Shown here one piece after another: positions 8,385-18,243 of a stretch of DNA of 64,000 nt. A program made the position numbers and the translations under genes. The stretch is from Granulosicoccaceae bacterium (lineage in GTDB: Bacteria > Pseudomonadota > Gammaproteobacteria > Granulosicoccales > Granulosicoccaceae), in contig CBDCAW010000008.1 in assembly GCA_965214025.1 (NCBI GenBank), positions 4,434 through 68,433 on the forward strand. The letters are read 5' to 3'. The first letter of the stretch is position 1, and each line of letters opens with the position of its first letter. Below the pieces are notes generated by a model. It was given only the letters and a program-made list of their open reading frames with translations, was not told where the DNA came from and did no database searches.

Positions 8385-9410
8385 ATGCGTCCATCGCAAC
8401 GGCCTCACGGCGGCGCTCTGCCAAGAGATCGCTCGCCGGCTGACATCAACGACCTGTCGATCTCAGCTCGCCTGCTACTGGCGATTCTCCGAACCCACGG
8501 AACACAGCCGGTTCGCGAACAGAGCTGTCTCCTGCAGCTTTCCTGCCTGAGCTGGATTATCGGCGCCGCATGCAAGCGCCAGGTCATGCTGACCTGCTTG
8601 CGTGACATCGTCGACACCACCATCGTGGCATCGCGCTTCCCCTTGCGCCTGAATCGGCAAGCACAGTCGAGACTGTCAGGCGATGAACAGATCATGTTGT
8701 GCGACTTCGATGCCCTGTTGAACGATGACTGCGCCCGGCATCAGATGGCGCCTGACGACAGAGATCGATTGGATCGACTGGTGGCAGCCTTGCGCATGCT
8801 TCGTGACCACGCCTGTGGCGGACGGAACGGGAACCACATGTTCAAGGCGTGCGGCAACGTGCAGCATGACAATGATCTGCTTGAAAGTGTCGACGCACCA
8901 GAGATCTTCCCAGAGACCTTCGTCGTCGAGGAACTGACAGTTGCGGAGGCCATGGTGCTGTTCACGGTGCGACTGTGGACAGTCGCTGCTGATCATGGCG
9001 AAGACAGCCGTCTGGTACTCATGCAGATGCACGCTCAACTGGCCAGCCGACGTATCGCCACCTGCATCGATAGCATCCTGCAGACGGTACGGTCCTTTGG
9101 CACCTGTGCGCTGGCAACCGGCTGCTTCTGCAATGCGAACATGACGGCCGATGAGGCCAGGCTGCTCGCCCTGTTCGCCGCCTTTCAGCAACAGCGCCCT
9201 GCGGACGCGCTGACCATCAGTAGTAGCTGGCTGCCTGCACCGATTGCCACAGCCCTGAACCAACGAGCGTCAATGTTTACCGAGGGTTTTGGTGACATGC
9301 AGCTCCGTGTTCCTGACCGGCACTGGAACCTGCCGCGTCTGTCGGCCATTGCCGCCGCCGAACGACGTGCTCAATATGATCAGGTGACCAACGACGCACA
9401 CTTGCATTGA
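8385..9410 (+). CDS. hypothetical protein with two tandem copies of an uncharacterised helical domain; start uncertain
   Basis: 341-aa ORF. Internal similarity: LSISARLLLAILR...TCLRDIVDT...LSGDEQIML vs LTVAEAMVLFTVR...TCIDSILQT...MTADEARLL. Confidence 0.6.
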   Translation: MRPSQRPHGGALPRDRSPADINDLSISARLLLAILRTHGTQPVREQSCLLQLSCLSWIIGAACKRQVMLTCLRDIVDTTIVASRFPLRLNRQAQSRLSGDEQIMLCDFDALLNDDCARHQMAPDDRDRLDRLVAALRMLRDHACGGRNGNHMFKACGNVQHDNDLLESVDAPEIFPETFVVEELTVAEAMVLFTVRLWTVAADHGEDSRLVLMQMHAQLASRRIATCIDSILQTVRSFGTCALATGCFCNANMTADEARLLALFAAFQQQRPADALTISSSWLPAPIATALNQRASMFTEGFGDMQLRVPDRHWNLPRLSAIAAAERRAQYDQVTNDAHLH

Positions 9411-9417
9411 TTCAGCA

Positions 9418-9621
9418 TTCAACAGCAACGTGGCATCGGCGCGTACCCGGGGTGCCGACATTCGCACCGGTTGTTCGATCTCGAAGGCGCTCGAAGTCGA
9501 CCTCGGCTATACCTGGCTGGAAACCGAGGATAGCGACACCGGCAATCAGCTGGCTCGCCGCCCGGAACACCAATGGCAGGCCAGCATCGATTGGACTGCG
9601 CCACAACGACGATGGTACTGA
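9418..9621 (+). pseudogene. internal fragment of a TonB-dependent receptor (BtuB-like barrel strands)
   Basis: NVASARTRG...LGYTWLETEDSDTGNQLARRPEHQWQASIDW matches the TBDR pattern NV..AR..G...YT.L...D..TG..L.RRP.H. No N- or C-terminus is present. Confidence 0.7.
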
Positions 9622-9716
9622 GCCATCCCGGGCGATCCCGTTGTCCGCTCGTCATTGCCGGATTGCAGACACAGGTCAGCTCACCTGATACCCACAAAAA
9701 GGAAAATCCCCTGACT

Positions 9717-10040
9717 ATGTTTATCGCCATGAACCGATTCAAGATCCGCCTGGGCCAGGAAACTGCATTCGAGCAAATCTGGCGCTCACGAGACAGTCAC
9801 CTACAGGGGATGCCCGGGTTTCGTGACTTTCACCTGCTGAAAGGACCGATCTTCGAAGACTACGCCCTGTACTCATCGCACACGGTCTGGGAAAGTCGGC
9901 AGCATTTCGAAGAATGGACCCGATCCGAAGCTTTCCGCAAGGCGCATCGTGGCGCGGGCAGTCATGGGGACCTCTACCTTGGTCATCCGGAATTCGAAGG
10001 CTTCGAGGCCGTGGTCTCGTTGCAGTGTGACAAGGCCTGA
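9717..10040 (+). CDS. ABM-family haem-degrading monooxygenase (HmuQ/IsdG-like)
   Basis: MFIAMNRFKI...FE..W..R...L..MPGF..FHLL....YSSHTVWES...FEEWTRSEAFRKAH. Confidence 0.88.
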   Translation: MFIAMNRFKIRLGQETAFEQIWRSRDSHLQGMPGFRDFHLLKGPIFEDYALYSSHTVWESRQHFEEWTRSEAFRKAHRGAGSHGDLYLGHPEFEGFEAVVSLQCDKA

Positions 10041-10220
10041 CGTGCAATGATGCCGGGACGGTCGAGTTTTGACGACCACCTCGGTGTGACCACGTACTGC
10101 AATTTCTTGGTGAGTCAGGTATCGAGATGTGCCCGACTTTCTACTAACAGATAACGGCAGAGTCTCGACGAGCCTCGTTCGCGTGATCCGGTCAACGCCG
10201 GATTCGGCTATCTTAATGCG

Positions 10221-12320
10221 ATGGATATCGCACTCGCCACCACGGTCATCGCATCGCTGTTTCTCGTCATCGGACTGGCCGAACCGTTGGCGGCACGGTT
10301 GTCGCTGCCTTATGTCGTGCTGCTCGCATTGCTCGGCATCCTGATCGGCACCGGAGCAATCTTCTTCCTGCGCACCGACCTGACCGATGCGCTCAATCCG
10401 GTCGCGAAGGCCATCCTGGCACTGCCGATTCGTTCGAACATCTTTCTCTACGTCTTCTTGCCAACGCTACTGTTCCAGGCCACGCTCGGTATGAACCTGC
10501 GTCGCATGCTCGAAGACTGGGCGTCGATCCTGGTGCTGGCGGTGGTGGCTGTGGTCGTGGCGACACTAGCCGTGGGCTATGCCCTGTTCTGGGTCAGCGG
10601 CTTGTCGCTCGCGGCCTGTCTGTTGATCGGAGCGATCGTATCGACGACTGACCCCTCGGTCGTGGTCGGCATCTTTCGGTCGATCTCGGCACCGCGACGA
10701 CTGAGCCGACTCATCGAGGGTGAGAGTCTGTTGAACGATGCGGCCGCCATTGCATTATTCGGCCTGTTCATGGGTTTCGTGATGGAAGGCGTACCGAACC
10801 CGTCGCTGCTGGGTGCACTGGCCCATTTCCCCACGCTCATCGCCGGTGGCGTACTGGTCGGCTGGCTCGGCGCACACATCGCGGTGATGACCATGGCGCT
10901 GTTCAATCGATTCGAGTTGGCGCAGTTGTCGATATCGGTGGCCCTGCCCTATCTGACCTATATCATCGCCGAGCACAGTATCGGCGCTTCGGGCGTGATC
11001 GCTGTGGTCACGGCCGGGCTGACGTTGAACCTGATCTCGCCGGGGCGCCTGTCACCGCAAGCAGGGCAGAACCTGCGTGAGGTCTGGAATCTGCTCGCTC
11101 ACTGGGCCGGTGCACTGATTTTCATCCTCGCGGCGCTGTTGGTCCCACGCATGCTGGAGGAACTTCGCCACAGCGACATCCTCTTGCTCGGTGTGGTGAT
11201 CGGTGCGGCTGTGACCGCCAGGGTGTTGATCCTTTTCGGTTTGATGCCGCTGCTCTTCAAGCTGCGGATATCACGCGCGATCGATCGACCCTACCGCATC
11301 GCGATCCTCTGGGGTGGATTGCGTGGTGCAGTGACACTGGCACTGGCACTGGCTGTGACTGAGAGCGCTCTCGTGCCGGCGGAGATCAAGCGGCTGGTCG
11401 CGATCCTCGCCACCGGTTTTACCCTGTTCACACTGCTTGTGCAGGGCTCGACACTCCGATGGGTCATCCGGTGGCTGGGGCTCAATCAATTTTCCGCATT
11501 GCAGCTTGCGCTGACGAACCAGGTGATCGCGGTGACCTTGCAGACGGTGCGGGAAGATGCCGCGAAAGCGACCAAGAACTACGATCTGACACGGGAAACG
11601 GTGCGTTCCGAAGCCAAACGCTTTGCCGAACGTCTCGACACGGCTGTGCAGAATGCCGATGAACATGCGGATGTTCTCGATCGCGACCGTCTCAACCTGG
11701 GACTGATCGCACTCGCCACCGCAGAGCGCGACACGATTCTCCTGCGCTTTCGTGAGCGCGTGATCTCTTCGCGTCTTGCCGAACGCATTCTTGTCGATGT
11801 CGATCGACTGATCGAAGCAACACGTTCGACGGGCCGAATCGGCTACCGAAAGGCGGCGCGGCAGAGCCTCGGCTCACATCGATTCCTGAGGCTGGCCACT
11901 TTGCTGCACGATCGGGCGGGAGTGTCGGCGCCACTGGCACGGCTATCGGCAGATCGCTTCGAATGGTTGTTGTCGCAGCGATTGATCCTGCGCGACCTGC
12001 ACAACTTTATCGACGGGCGCATCCGACGGATCCATTCTGTCCGGGTTGCGGGTCTGCTGCACGAACTGCTGAACCAGCGCCAGGAGGCGATCGATCAGGC
12101 TCTCGACACGTTGCGCCAGGAGTATCCGGGCTATGCCGAACAGTTGGAACGCCACTTCATTCGACGCATCGTCCTGCGGTTGGAAGAACGCGAGTACGAC
12201 ACCATGCGAGATGACGGGCTGATCGGAACCGAAGTGCATACGAGCTTGACGAAAGACATCGAGGCACGTCGTCACACGCGACGACCGAGACTTGACCTGC
12301 GCGAACGCCAGTCCAGGTAA
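10221..12320 (+). CDS. CPA1 cation:proton antiporter, apparently lacking the usual C-terminal cNMP-binding domain
   Basis: LPTLLFQ, STTDPSVV, IEGESLLNDAAAI, WGGLRGAVTLALAL, ATGFTLFTLLVQG. Ends at ...RPRLDLRERQSR*. Confidence 0.88.
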   Translation: MDIALATTVIASLFLVIGLAEPLAARLSLPYVVLLALLGILIGTGAIFFLRTDLTDALNPVAKAILALPIRSNIFLYVFLPTLLFQATLGMNLRRMLEDWASILVLAVVAVVVATLAVGYALFWVSGLSLAACLLIGAIVSTTDPSVVVGIFRSISAPRRLSRLIEGESLLNDAAAIALFGLFMGFVMEGVPNPSLLGALAHFPTLIAGGVLVGWLGAHIAVMTMALFNRFELAQLSISVALPYLTYIIAEHSIGASGVIAVVTAGLTLNLISPGRLSPQAGQNLREVWNLLAHWAGALIFILAALLVPRMLEELRHSDILLLGVVIGAAVTARVLILFGLMPLLFKLRISRAIDRPYRIAILWGGLRGAVTLALALAVTESALVPAEIKRLVAILATGFTLFTLLVQGSTLRWVIRWLGLNQFSALQLALTNQVIAVTLQTVREDAAKATKNYDLTRETVRSEAKRFAERLDTAVQNADEHADVLDRDRLNLGLIALATAERDTILLRFRERVISSRLAERILVDVDRLIEATRSTGRIGYRKAARQSLGSHRFLRLATLLHDRAGVSAPLARLSADRFEWLLSQRLILRDLHNFIDGRIRRIHSVRVAGLLHELLNQRQEAIDQALDTLRQEYPGYAEQLERHFIRRIVLRLEEREYDTMRDDGLIGTEVHTSLTKDIEARRHTRRPRLDLRERQSR

Positions 12321-12387
12321 TACAGCACTGGAGAACGTACACTCGATAGTGAGACAATCATGCTCTACAGAGCCGGGAGGGTCAGGC

Positions 12388-13503
12388 ATGAGCACCAAAA
12401 CGATTCCGAAGACGATGCAGGCCATGGTGTTGGTCGGCCATGGCGGCCTCGACCAGCTCGTGTTGCATGATGACTGGCCGGTACCGGAACCGGCATCGAA
12501 CGAGGTGCTGATACAGGTGTCAGCCTGTGGGCTGAACAACACCGACGTCAACACGCGCTCGGGCTGGTACTCGAAGACCGTCACCGACGCGACCACCGGC
12601 AATGCCTACACAGACGTCGACGAAAGCGACCCGAGCTGGGGCGGTGCACCGATCACTTTCCCACGGATCCAGGGAGCGGATGTCTGCGGAACGGTAACAG
12701 CCGTGGGCGAAGGTGTCGATCCTGCGTTGATCGGCAAGCGCGTCATCACCGACAACTGGCTGCGTGACTGGAGCGAGCCGATGAATCGTGACCGCACAGG
12801 CTACTTCGGCTCCGAACGTAACGGGGGTTTCGCCGAGTACACGACAATCGACCATCGCAATGTCGGCGTGGTCGACAATGATCTCACCGATGCCGAGCTC
12901 GCCACCTTTTCGTGCTCGTACTCGACCGCCGAGGGCATGCTTGCGCGTGCACAGGTGAACGACAGTGATACGGTATTGGTCACCGGCGCCTCAGGTGGGG
13001 TGGGCTCGGCACTCGTGCAGCTCGCCAGGCGACGCGGCGCGACGGTCGTCGCGCTTGCCTCGGAAGCCAAGCACGACGCACTCGCGTCTCTCGGTGCCGA
13101 TGCGCTGTTGCCGCGTGCCCCTGCCAACCTGAAGCAGGTACTGCAACAGGCGCTCGGGCGCGATACGGTGTCAGTCGTCGCCGATATCGTCGGTGGTCCT
13201 GCTTTCCCGATACTGATCGACCGGCTGGAACGTGGCGGACGCTACACCTGCTCCGGTGCGATCGCGGGCCCGATTGTCGAACTCGACTTGCGAACGTTCT
13301 ATCTGCGCGATCTGACGTTCACCGGCTCGACAGTCATTGCACCGCACGTCTTCACGGATCTGGTCGGGTATATCGAACGCGGTGAGATCCGGCCGTTGCT
13401 CGCAGCGACCTGGCCGCTTGCCGAGCTGCACGCCGCACAGCAAGCCCTCATCGACAAACGCCACGTGGGCAACATCGTCGTCACGATGGCCGGTCAGCAT
13501 TGA
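12388..13503 (+). CDS. zinc-binding alcohol dehydrogenase / MDR-family oxidoreductase
   Basis: ACGLNNTDVNTRSGWY, PRIQGADVCG, TGASGGVG, GAIAGPIVELDLRTFYLRDL. Start at ATG 12388 after GGAGG. Confidence 0.9.
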   Translation: MSTKTIPKTMQAMVLVGHGGLDQLVLHDDWPVPEPASNEVLIQVSACGLNNTDVNTRSGWYSKTVTDATTGNAYTDVDESDPSWGGAPITFPRIQGADVCGTVTAVGEGVDPALIGKRVITDNWLRDWSEPMNRDRTGYFGSERNGGFAEYTTIDHRNVGVVDNDLTDAELATFSCSYSTAEGMLARAQVNDSDTVLVTGASGGVGSALVQLARRRGATVVALASEAKHDALASLGADALLPRAPANLKQVLQQALGRDTVSVVADIVGGPAFPILIDRLERGGRYTCSGAIAGPIVELDLRTFYLRDLTFTGSTVIAPHVFTDLVGYIERGEIRPLLAATWPLAELHAAQQALIDKRHVGNIVVTMAGQH

Positions 13504-13626
13504 TGCACGGTAGGTTGGACCAGGCTTGGATAAACGTGACGGTTGTCTGGTTGGGCCCGGATGGCTAAGCTTGGCCCGCGAGTCGAGGCAGGCCCCTACT
13601 GCCAACTGTTGCCGAGAAACAATGTC

Positions 13627-15078
13627 ATGGAATCACGTTTGCGAGAAACGCAAGCATTGCGCTCGTCGCCCATCACGGTGCGGCGAAAGAAATTCACGTG
13701 GATCGTCTCGCTGGCCGTGCTGCTCGGTGTGCCAGGCACCGCTCTCGCACAAGAGACGAGGATCATGCCGCTGGGCGATTCGATCACCCAAGGTGTCAAC
13801 GGTCAATGCAGCTACCGCAAGCCACTGTCGCAGACGTTGAGCAATACGCCAGGTTGTCGTATCGAGTTTGTCGGCCCGGTCTCGACGGCGGGCGGAAATC
13901 CCGTTGCCTGCCGACCCACGAACACGAATCACGCCGGTAGAGCTACCCGTCGTGCCGACGAGGTCAACGCCGTGACCGGCCCTTCGGGTCTGCCCTTCAT
14001 CACCGATCTGATGAACAACCATTCGCCAGACGTGGTGCTCGTACATCTCGGTTCGAACGACCTCTTCCAGGGCCAGCCGCTCGGCGATGCATCGGTGACT
14101 GAAACACTGGTCGATATCGAGGAGCTACTGGACAATATCTTCGCCACCAATCCTTCGGCACAGGTGATGCTTGCAAACGTGGTGCCCTGGAACGGCGCTT
14201 CGACCGCCGATCCGACCGTGTCGTCGAATCCACTCAAGGATCGCTTCGTACAGCTCGGCGCAGGTATCGCGACGATCGCCACCACCCGCGATCGGGTCAC
14301 GCTCGTGGAGGTACAGAACGGTTTTGATCCGGCCGAGTTCAGCTACGACAGGGTGCATCCCAACGACGATGGCGAGGCGTTCATCGCCGACCGTTTCGCC
14401 CGGGCCCTGATAGCCGATGGCCTGTGCGATGAGCCTCCCGTGCTACCACCACTGACGCTGAGGAACGATCGCTGGGCGCAGATCGGGCTACCTGCCGACC
14501 CCGGCTCTGCCTCCACCGTAGGCGATATCTTCGATGAACTGCCGGCCTCCGATTACTCGCAATCCTGGATCGTGTTTCGCTTCCTGAGCATAGCCAACCG
14601 GTACGAACGTCTTGACTGGAATAGCGAGATGCAGCAAGGCGAGGCCTACTGGATCGTGCAGCGCACCGGCCAGGACGTGATCGTGAACCTGCCGGCAACC
14701 AGCATCCCGGCCCCACTGACCCCTTCTTCACCCTGCCCTTCGGACGACGGTTGCTTCGAGATCCCACTGGTCGAGTCCGATCAGCAGACCACGCGTACCT
14801 GGAACATGGTGGCATTTCCATTTGCCGGGTCACTGGCAGCTTCAGCCACACGCTTCGCCACGCCAGGCGGCGACTGCGTGAACGGCTGCACTCAGGCAGA
14901 GGCAACGAGTGCGGGTTCTATAAACTCACCCATGTTCCACTTCACCGGTGCAGATAACGGCGAGCCCTACTCGCGCATCTCCGGCGATGTCGCGCTCAAT
15001 CCGTGGGAAGGTTACTGGGTAGCCGTGCCGAGAAGCGCAGCCGGCAACAGCCCAAGGTGGCTCCTGCCTGCACGTTGA
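13627..15078 (+). CDS. secreted SGNH/GDSL hydrolase with an unassigned C-terminal domain
   Basis: Signal peptide (..TALA|QE), blocks GDSIT, HAG, GSND and DRVHPN, then about 200 aa of Trp/Cys-patterned domain. Start is approximate. Confidence 0.85.
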   Translation: MESRLRETQALRSSPITVRRKKFTWIVSLAVLLGVPGTALAQETRIMPLGDSITQGVNGQCSYRKPLSQTLSNTPGCRIEFVGPVSTAGGNPVACRPTNTNHAGRATRRADEVNAVTGPSGLPFITDLMNNHSPDVVLVHLGSNDLFQGQPLGDASVTETLVDIEELLDNIFATNPSAQVMLANVVPWNGASTADPTVSSNPLKDRFVQLGAGIATIATTRDRVTLVEVQNGFDPAEFSYDRVHPNDDGEAFIADRFARALIADGLCDEPPVLPPLTLRNDRWAQIGLPADPGSASTVGDIFDELPASDYSQSWIVFRFLSIANRYERLDWNSEMQQGEAYWIVQRTGQDVIVNLPATSIPAPLTPSSPCPSDDGCFEIPLVESDQQTTRTWNMVAFPFAGSLAASATRFATPGGDCVNGCTQAEATSAGSINSPMFHFTGADNGEPYSRISGDVALNPWEGYWVAVPRSAAGNSPRWLLPAR

Positions 15079-15104
15079 TTCCGCTTCGGAACCGAACTTC
15101 GACC

Positions 15105-15221
15105 GATCGTACATTCACGAGCAACCTGCCGAACGGTACCTCGTTTCACGCCACGATCGTGGAACGTCCGTTCCACGACCCGCGCAAGACGCTCACGTCC
15201 GCCTGGAAATCCGCATCGTGA
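15105..15221 (+). pseudogene. possible C-terminal remnant of a GcvT-family aminomethyltransferase
   Basis: ...GTSFHATIVERPFHDPRKTL* resembles the GcvT_C ending A.V...PF.DP.K. The match is short. Confidence 0.35.
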
Positions 15222-15314
15222 GTTCCTGACCGCGAACGCACGGGCTCCCGCCTACAGTGTGACAATCAACGGTTTATAGTTGCCCTGAGAACGCTGACCA
15301 AAGAGGGACAACCC

Positions 15315-16115
15315 ATGCATGAGAGCGAAATCCTGCTGCGAGATCTGGACGGCGACGGTATCCTGCGCCTGACGTTGAACGATGTTGCGCGGCGTAATGC
15401 GCTGTCTGTGGCAATGCTGGCGGCATTGGCCGAAGCTGTCGCCGTGGCCGGGTCAGATCCCGCAACGCGAGTCGTCATCCTGGCTGCCAACGGACCAGCC
15501 TTCAGCGCCGGCCATGATCTGAAGGAGATGAACGCCGCCCGATCTGCCGACGATCGCGGTAGGGCCTGTTTCAGCGAGATGATGGCCACCTGTGCCGGCG
15601 TCATGCAGGCCATCGTGCATTGTCCGAAACCCATCATCGCCGAGGTCACCGGGGTTGCGACGGCTGCGGGTTGTCAACTGGTGGCGAGCTGTGATCTGGC
15701 CCTCGCTGCGGACACCGCGAGGTTCAGCACGCCCGGCGTGCATATCGGGTTGTTCTGCTCCACACCGATGGTCGCCTTGTCACGCAACGTCGGCGACAAG
15801 CACGCGATGGAGATGCTGCTGACAGGGAACATGATTTCGGCGGATCGCGCAGCCGAGATCGGACTCGTCAATCGTAGCGTTGCTGCTGATCAGCTACGCG
15901 AAACCACATTGGAGATGGCCCGCACGATCGCGTCCAAGTCCGGCACCACGGTCGCTACCGGCAAGCAGGCGTACTATCGGCAACGCGAGATGTCCCTGTC
16001 CGATGCCTACGACTACGCCTCCAACATCATGGTCGAGAATATACTGGCTCACGACGCGGAAGAAGGCATCGGTGCCTTCATCGAGAAAAGGACGCCGCGA
16101 TGGCAGGGTCGCTGA
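15315..16115 (+). CDS. enoyl-CoA hydratase/isomerase
   Basis: AFSAGHDLKEM, ATAAGCQLVASCDL, FSTPGVHIGLFCSTP, EEGIGAFIEKR. Confidence 0.95.
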   Translation: MHESEILLRDLDGDGILRLTLNDVARRNALSVAMLAALAEAVAVAGSDPATRVVILAANGPAFSAGHDLKEMNAARSADDRGRACFSEMMATCAGVMQAIVHCPKPIIAEVTGVATAAGCQLVASCDLALAADTARFSTPGVHIGLFCSTPMVALSRNVGDKHAMEMLLTGNMISADRAAEIGLVNRSVAADQLRETTLEMARTIASKSGTTVATGKQAYYRQREMSLSDAYDYASNIMVENILAHDAEEGIGAFIEKRTPRWQGR

Positions 16116-16135
16116 CGCACTGCACGATCAGAAGA

Positions 16136-18061
16136 TCACGACGGCCCCTGATCTGATGGCGCCTCTCGCGGCTTATCAGTTTCATCATCGAGCGCGTCGG
16201 CGATGAAGCCGCCGGACTGACGGTTCCATAGGCCGGCGTAGAGGCCATCGGCGGCGATCAACGCTTCGTGAGTGCCGTGCTCGACGATGCGACCACCCGC
16301 CATCACCACCAGTCGGTCCATGGCGGAGATCGTCGAGAGCCGATGCGCGATCGCGATCGTGGTCTTGCCTTCCATCAGTTCGATGAGGTTTTGCTGTATC
16401 TCGGCTTCGGCCTCCGAATCGAGTGCCGAGGTGGCCTCGTCGAGTACCAGAATCGGTGCATTCTTCAGGATGACCCGCGCAATGGTGATGCGCTGACGCT
16501 GACCGCCGGAAAGTTTCACGCCCTTGTCGCCGACGAAGGCATCCAGTCCGGCACGCCCATCCTTGTCGCGCAGTTGCTCGATGAAGATACCGGCTTCAGC
16601 GAGTTCGACTGCGTGTTCGATCTCGCTATCACTGGCCTCGGGTGCACCGTAGCGAATGTTGTCGCGCACCGATCGGTGGAACAAGGCAACATCCTGGGTC
16701 ACGACGCCGATCTGGCGGCGAAGGGATGCCTGGCTCACGTCGCGCACATCCTGGCCATCGATAGTGATCGCACCGCCGTCGACATCGCGCAGCCGTAACA
16801 GCAACGAAACGAGAGTAGACTTGCCCGCACCCGACAGGCCGACCACACCGACCCGCTCGCCGGGCGCGAGGTTCAACGACAGATCCTTGATGACCGGCCC
16901 ACTGAGCGTCTTGTCCAGGTTGCGCGGATCATGATACGAAAAGGTCACATCGCTGAACTCGATGCGACCCTCGTGCACGACCAACTCGGCGGCCTCCGCC
17001 TTGTCGTTTATCTTCGGTGAACTGGTCATGACCGGCATGGCATCACTGATGGTGCCGATCGCACCGGAGATGGACTGCCCCAGGCCGATGAAGGCGAACG
17101 CGGAGTTCGACAGCGAACGCGTGATGGTGGCCGCGGCGACGAACTCGCCGACCGTGACGAAACCTGCAAGCATGCCCCACAGGCTCAGTGCGAACACGCT
17201 GACCATCAGCGCGGCATTGATCAGTTCCACCACCAGGCTGGAGACGATCTGATAGCGTCGCTCACGATGCTGGGTGGTGATCGTTCTGTCGATCGCGCTT
17301 CGAATCGAGCCTGCCTCGGAATCCTCGGCGGCATGCAGCTTCACCATGCTGATGTTGCTGTAGATATCGGTCATCGCACCGGTCGAATAGGAGTTCGCCT
17401 GCGCCACTTTCGACGACCGTTGGATATAGGTCGGCACGACCTTCCAGGCCAACAGCGCATTGGCGAGAATCCAGCAGAACACCGGGATGGCCAGCGGCCA
17501 TGCCAGTACCGCCAGCAATGCGAACGAGCCGATCAACTGAATGCTGAAGCGTGGAACCGCTTCGATGGCCAGCATCATCTGCCGCTGCACGGCGCTGGTG
17601 ACCTGCGAGATGCGCGAGGCGACCTGGCCGGAGAACATGTCTTCGAAGAAGGCCACGTCCTGGCTCTCGACGATCTTGTGCGCCTGCCAGCGCATGGCTG
17701 CCGGTAGCAGTGTCTGTACGGACTGGGACAGGAAGGTACGGCTGACGAACGAGATCACAGGGCTGACCACCGCGATCAGCAGGGCGAACAGCAGCAGCAG
17801 TACCAGGTGATCTTCGAGGAATGTAGCGGCTCCCTTCGCCACCACGCCGTCGACCACGAAGGCGACCGCCCAGACCACCGACAGGTTGATGCAGGCGGTG
17901 AGCACGGACAGCAGGCCGACCACGACCAGGATGTGCCGGAACATGCGGGCGAAATGCCAGACCAGGCCCAGCGGGCCGCCCTCCGGTATCGGCCTGATCG
18001 GCAGGTCGAGCGGCTGGATAAGCGTTTCGAACGGCCGAAAGACAGTATCTGCAAGTCGCAT
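16136..18061 (-). CDS. ABC exporter (fused TMD + NBD)
   Basis: GLSGAGKS, LSGGQRQR, LVLDEATSALD, IAHRLSTI, with an N-terminal TM domain. Confidence 0.95.
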   Translation of the reverse strand: MRLADTVFRPFETLIQPLDLPIRPIPEGGPLGLVWHFARMFRHILVVVGLLSVLTACINLSVVWAVAFVVDGVVAKGAATFLEDHLVLLLLFALLIAVVSPVISFVSRTFLSQSVQTLLPAAMRWQAHKIVESQDVAFFEDMFSGQVASRISQVTSAVQRQMMLAIEAVPRFSIQLIGSFALLAVLAWPLAIPVFCWILANALLAWKVVPTYIQRSSKVAQANSYSTGAMTDIYSNISMVKLHAAEDSEAGSIRSAIDRTITTQHRERRYQIVSSLVVELINAALMVSVFALSLWGMLAGFVTVGEFVAAATITRSLSNSAFAFIGLGQSISGAIGTISDAMPVMTSSPKINDKAEAAELVVHEGRIEFSDVTFSYHDPRNLDKTLSGPVIKDLSLNLAPGERVGVVGLSGAGKSTLVSLLLRLRDVDGGAITIDGQDVRDVSQASLRRQIGVVTQDVALFHRSVRDNIRYGAPEASDSEIEHAVELAEAGIFIEQLRDKDGRAGLDAFVGDKGVKLSGGQRQRITIARVILKNAPILVLDEATSALDSEAEAEIQQNLIELMEGKTTIAIAHRLSTISAMDRLVVMAGGRIVEHGTHEALIAADGLYAGLWNRQSGGFIADALDDETDKPREAPSDQGPS

Positions 18062-18243
18062 GTTGCGGGGACTCGATGGTCGTGTCGCGAGACTCTAACC
18101 GATTTAATGCAGTTCGCTCCTTCGACATGACGTAGATCTCGCACGAAAACCGACAAGTCCTTGCGCAGCGAGCCGTGCGCCCACATCTCCTCCCGGATCT
18201 GTGAAGTCACAGCCTCACCCACAGCCCACGGAGGAGCTCTCCC

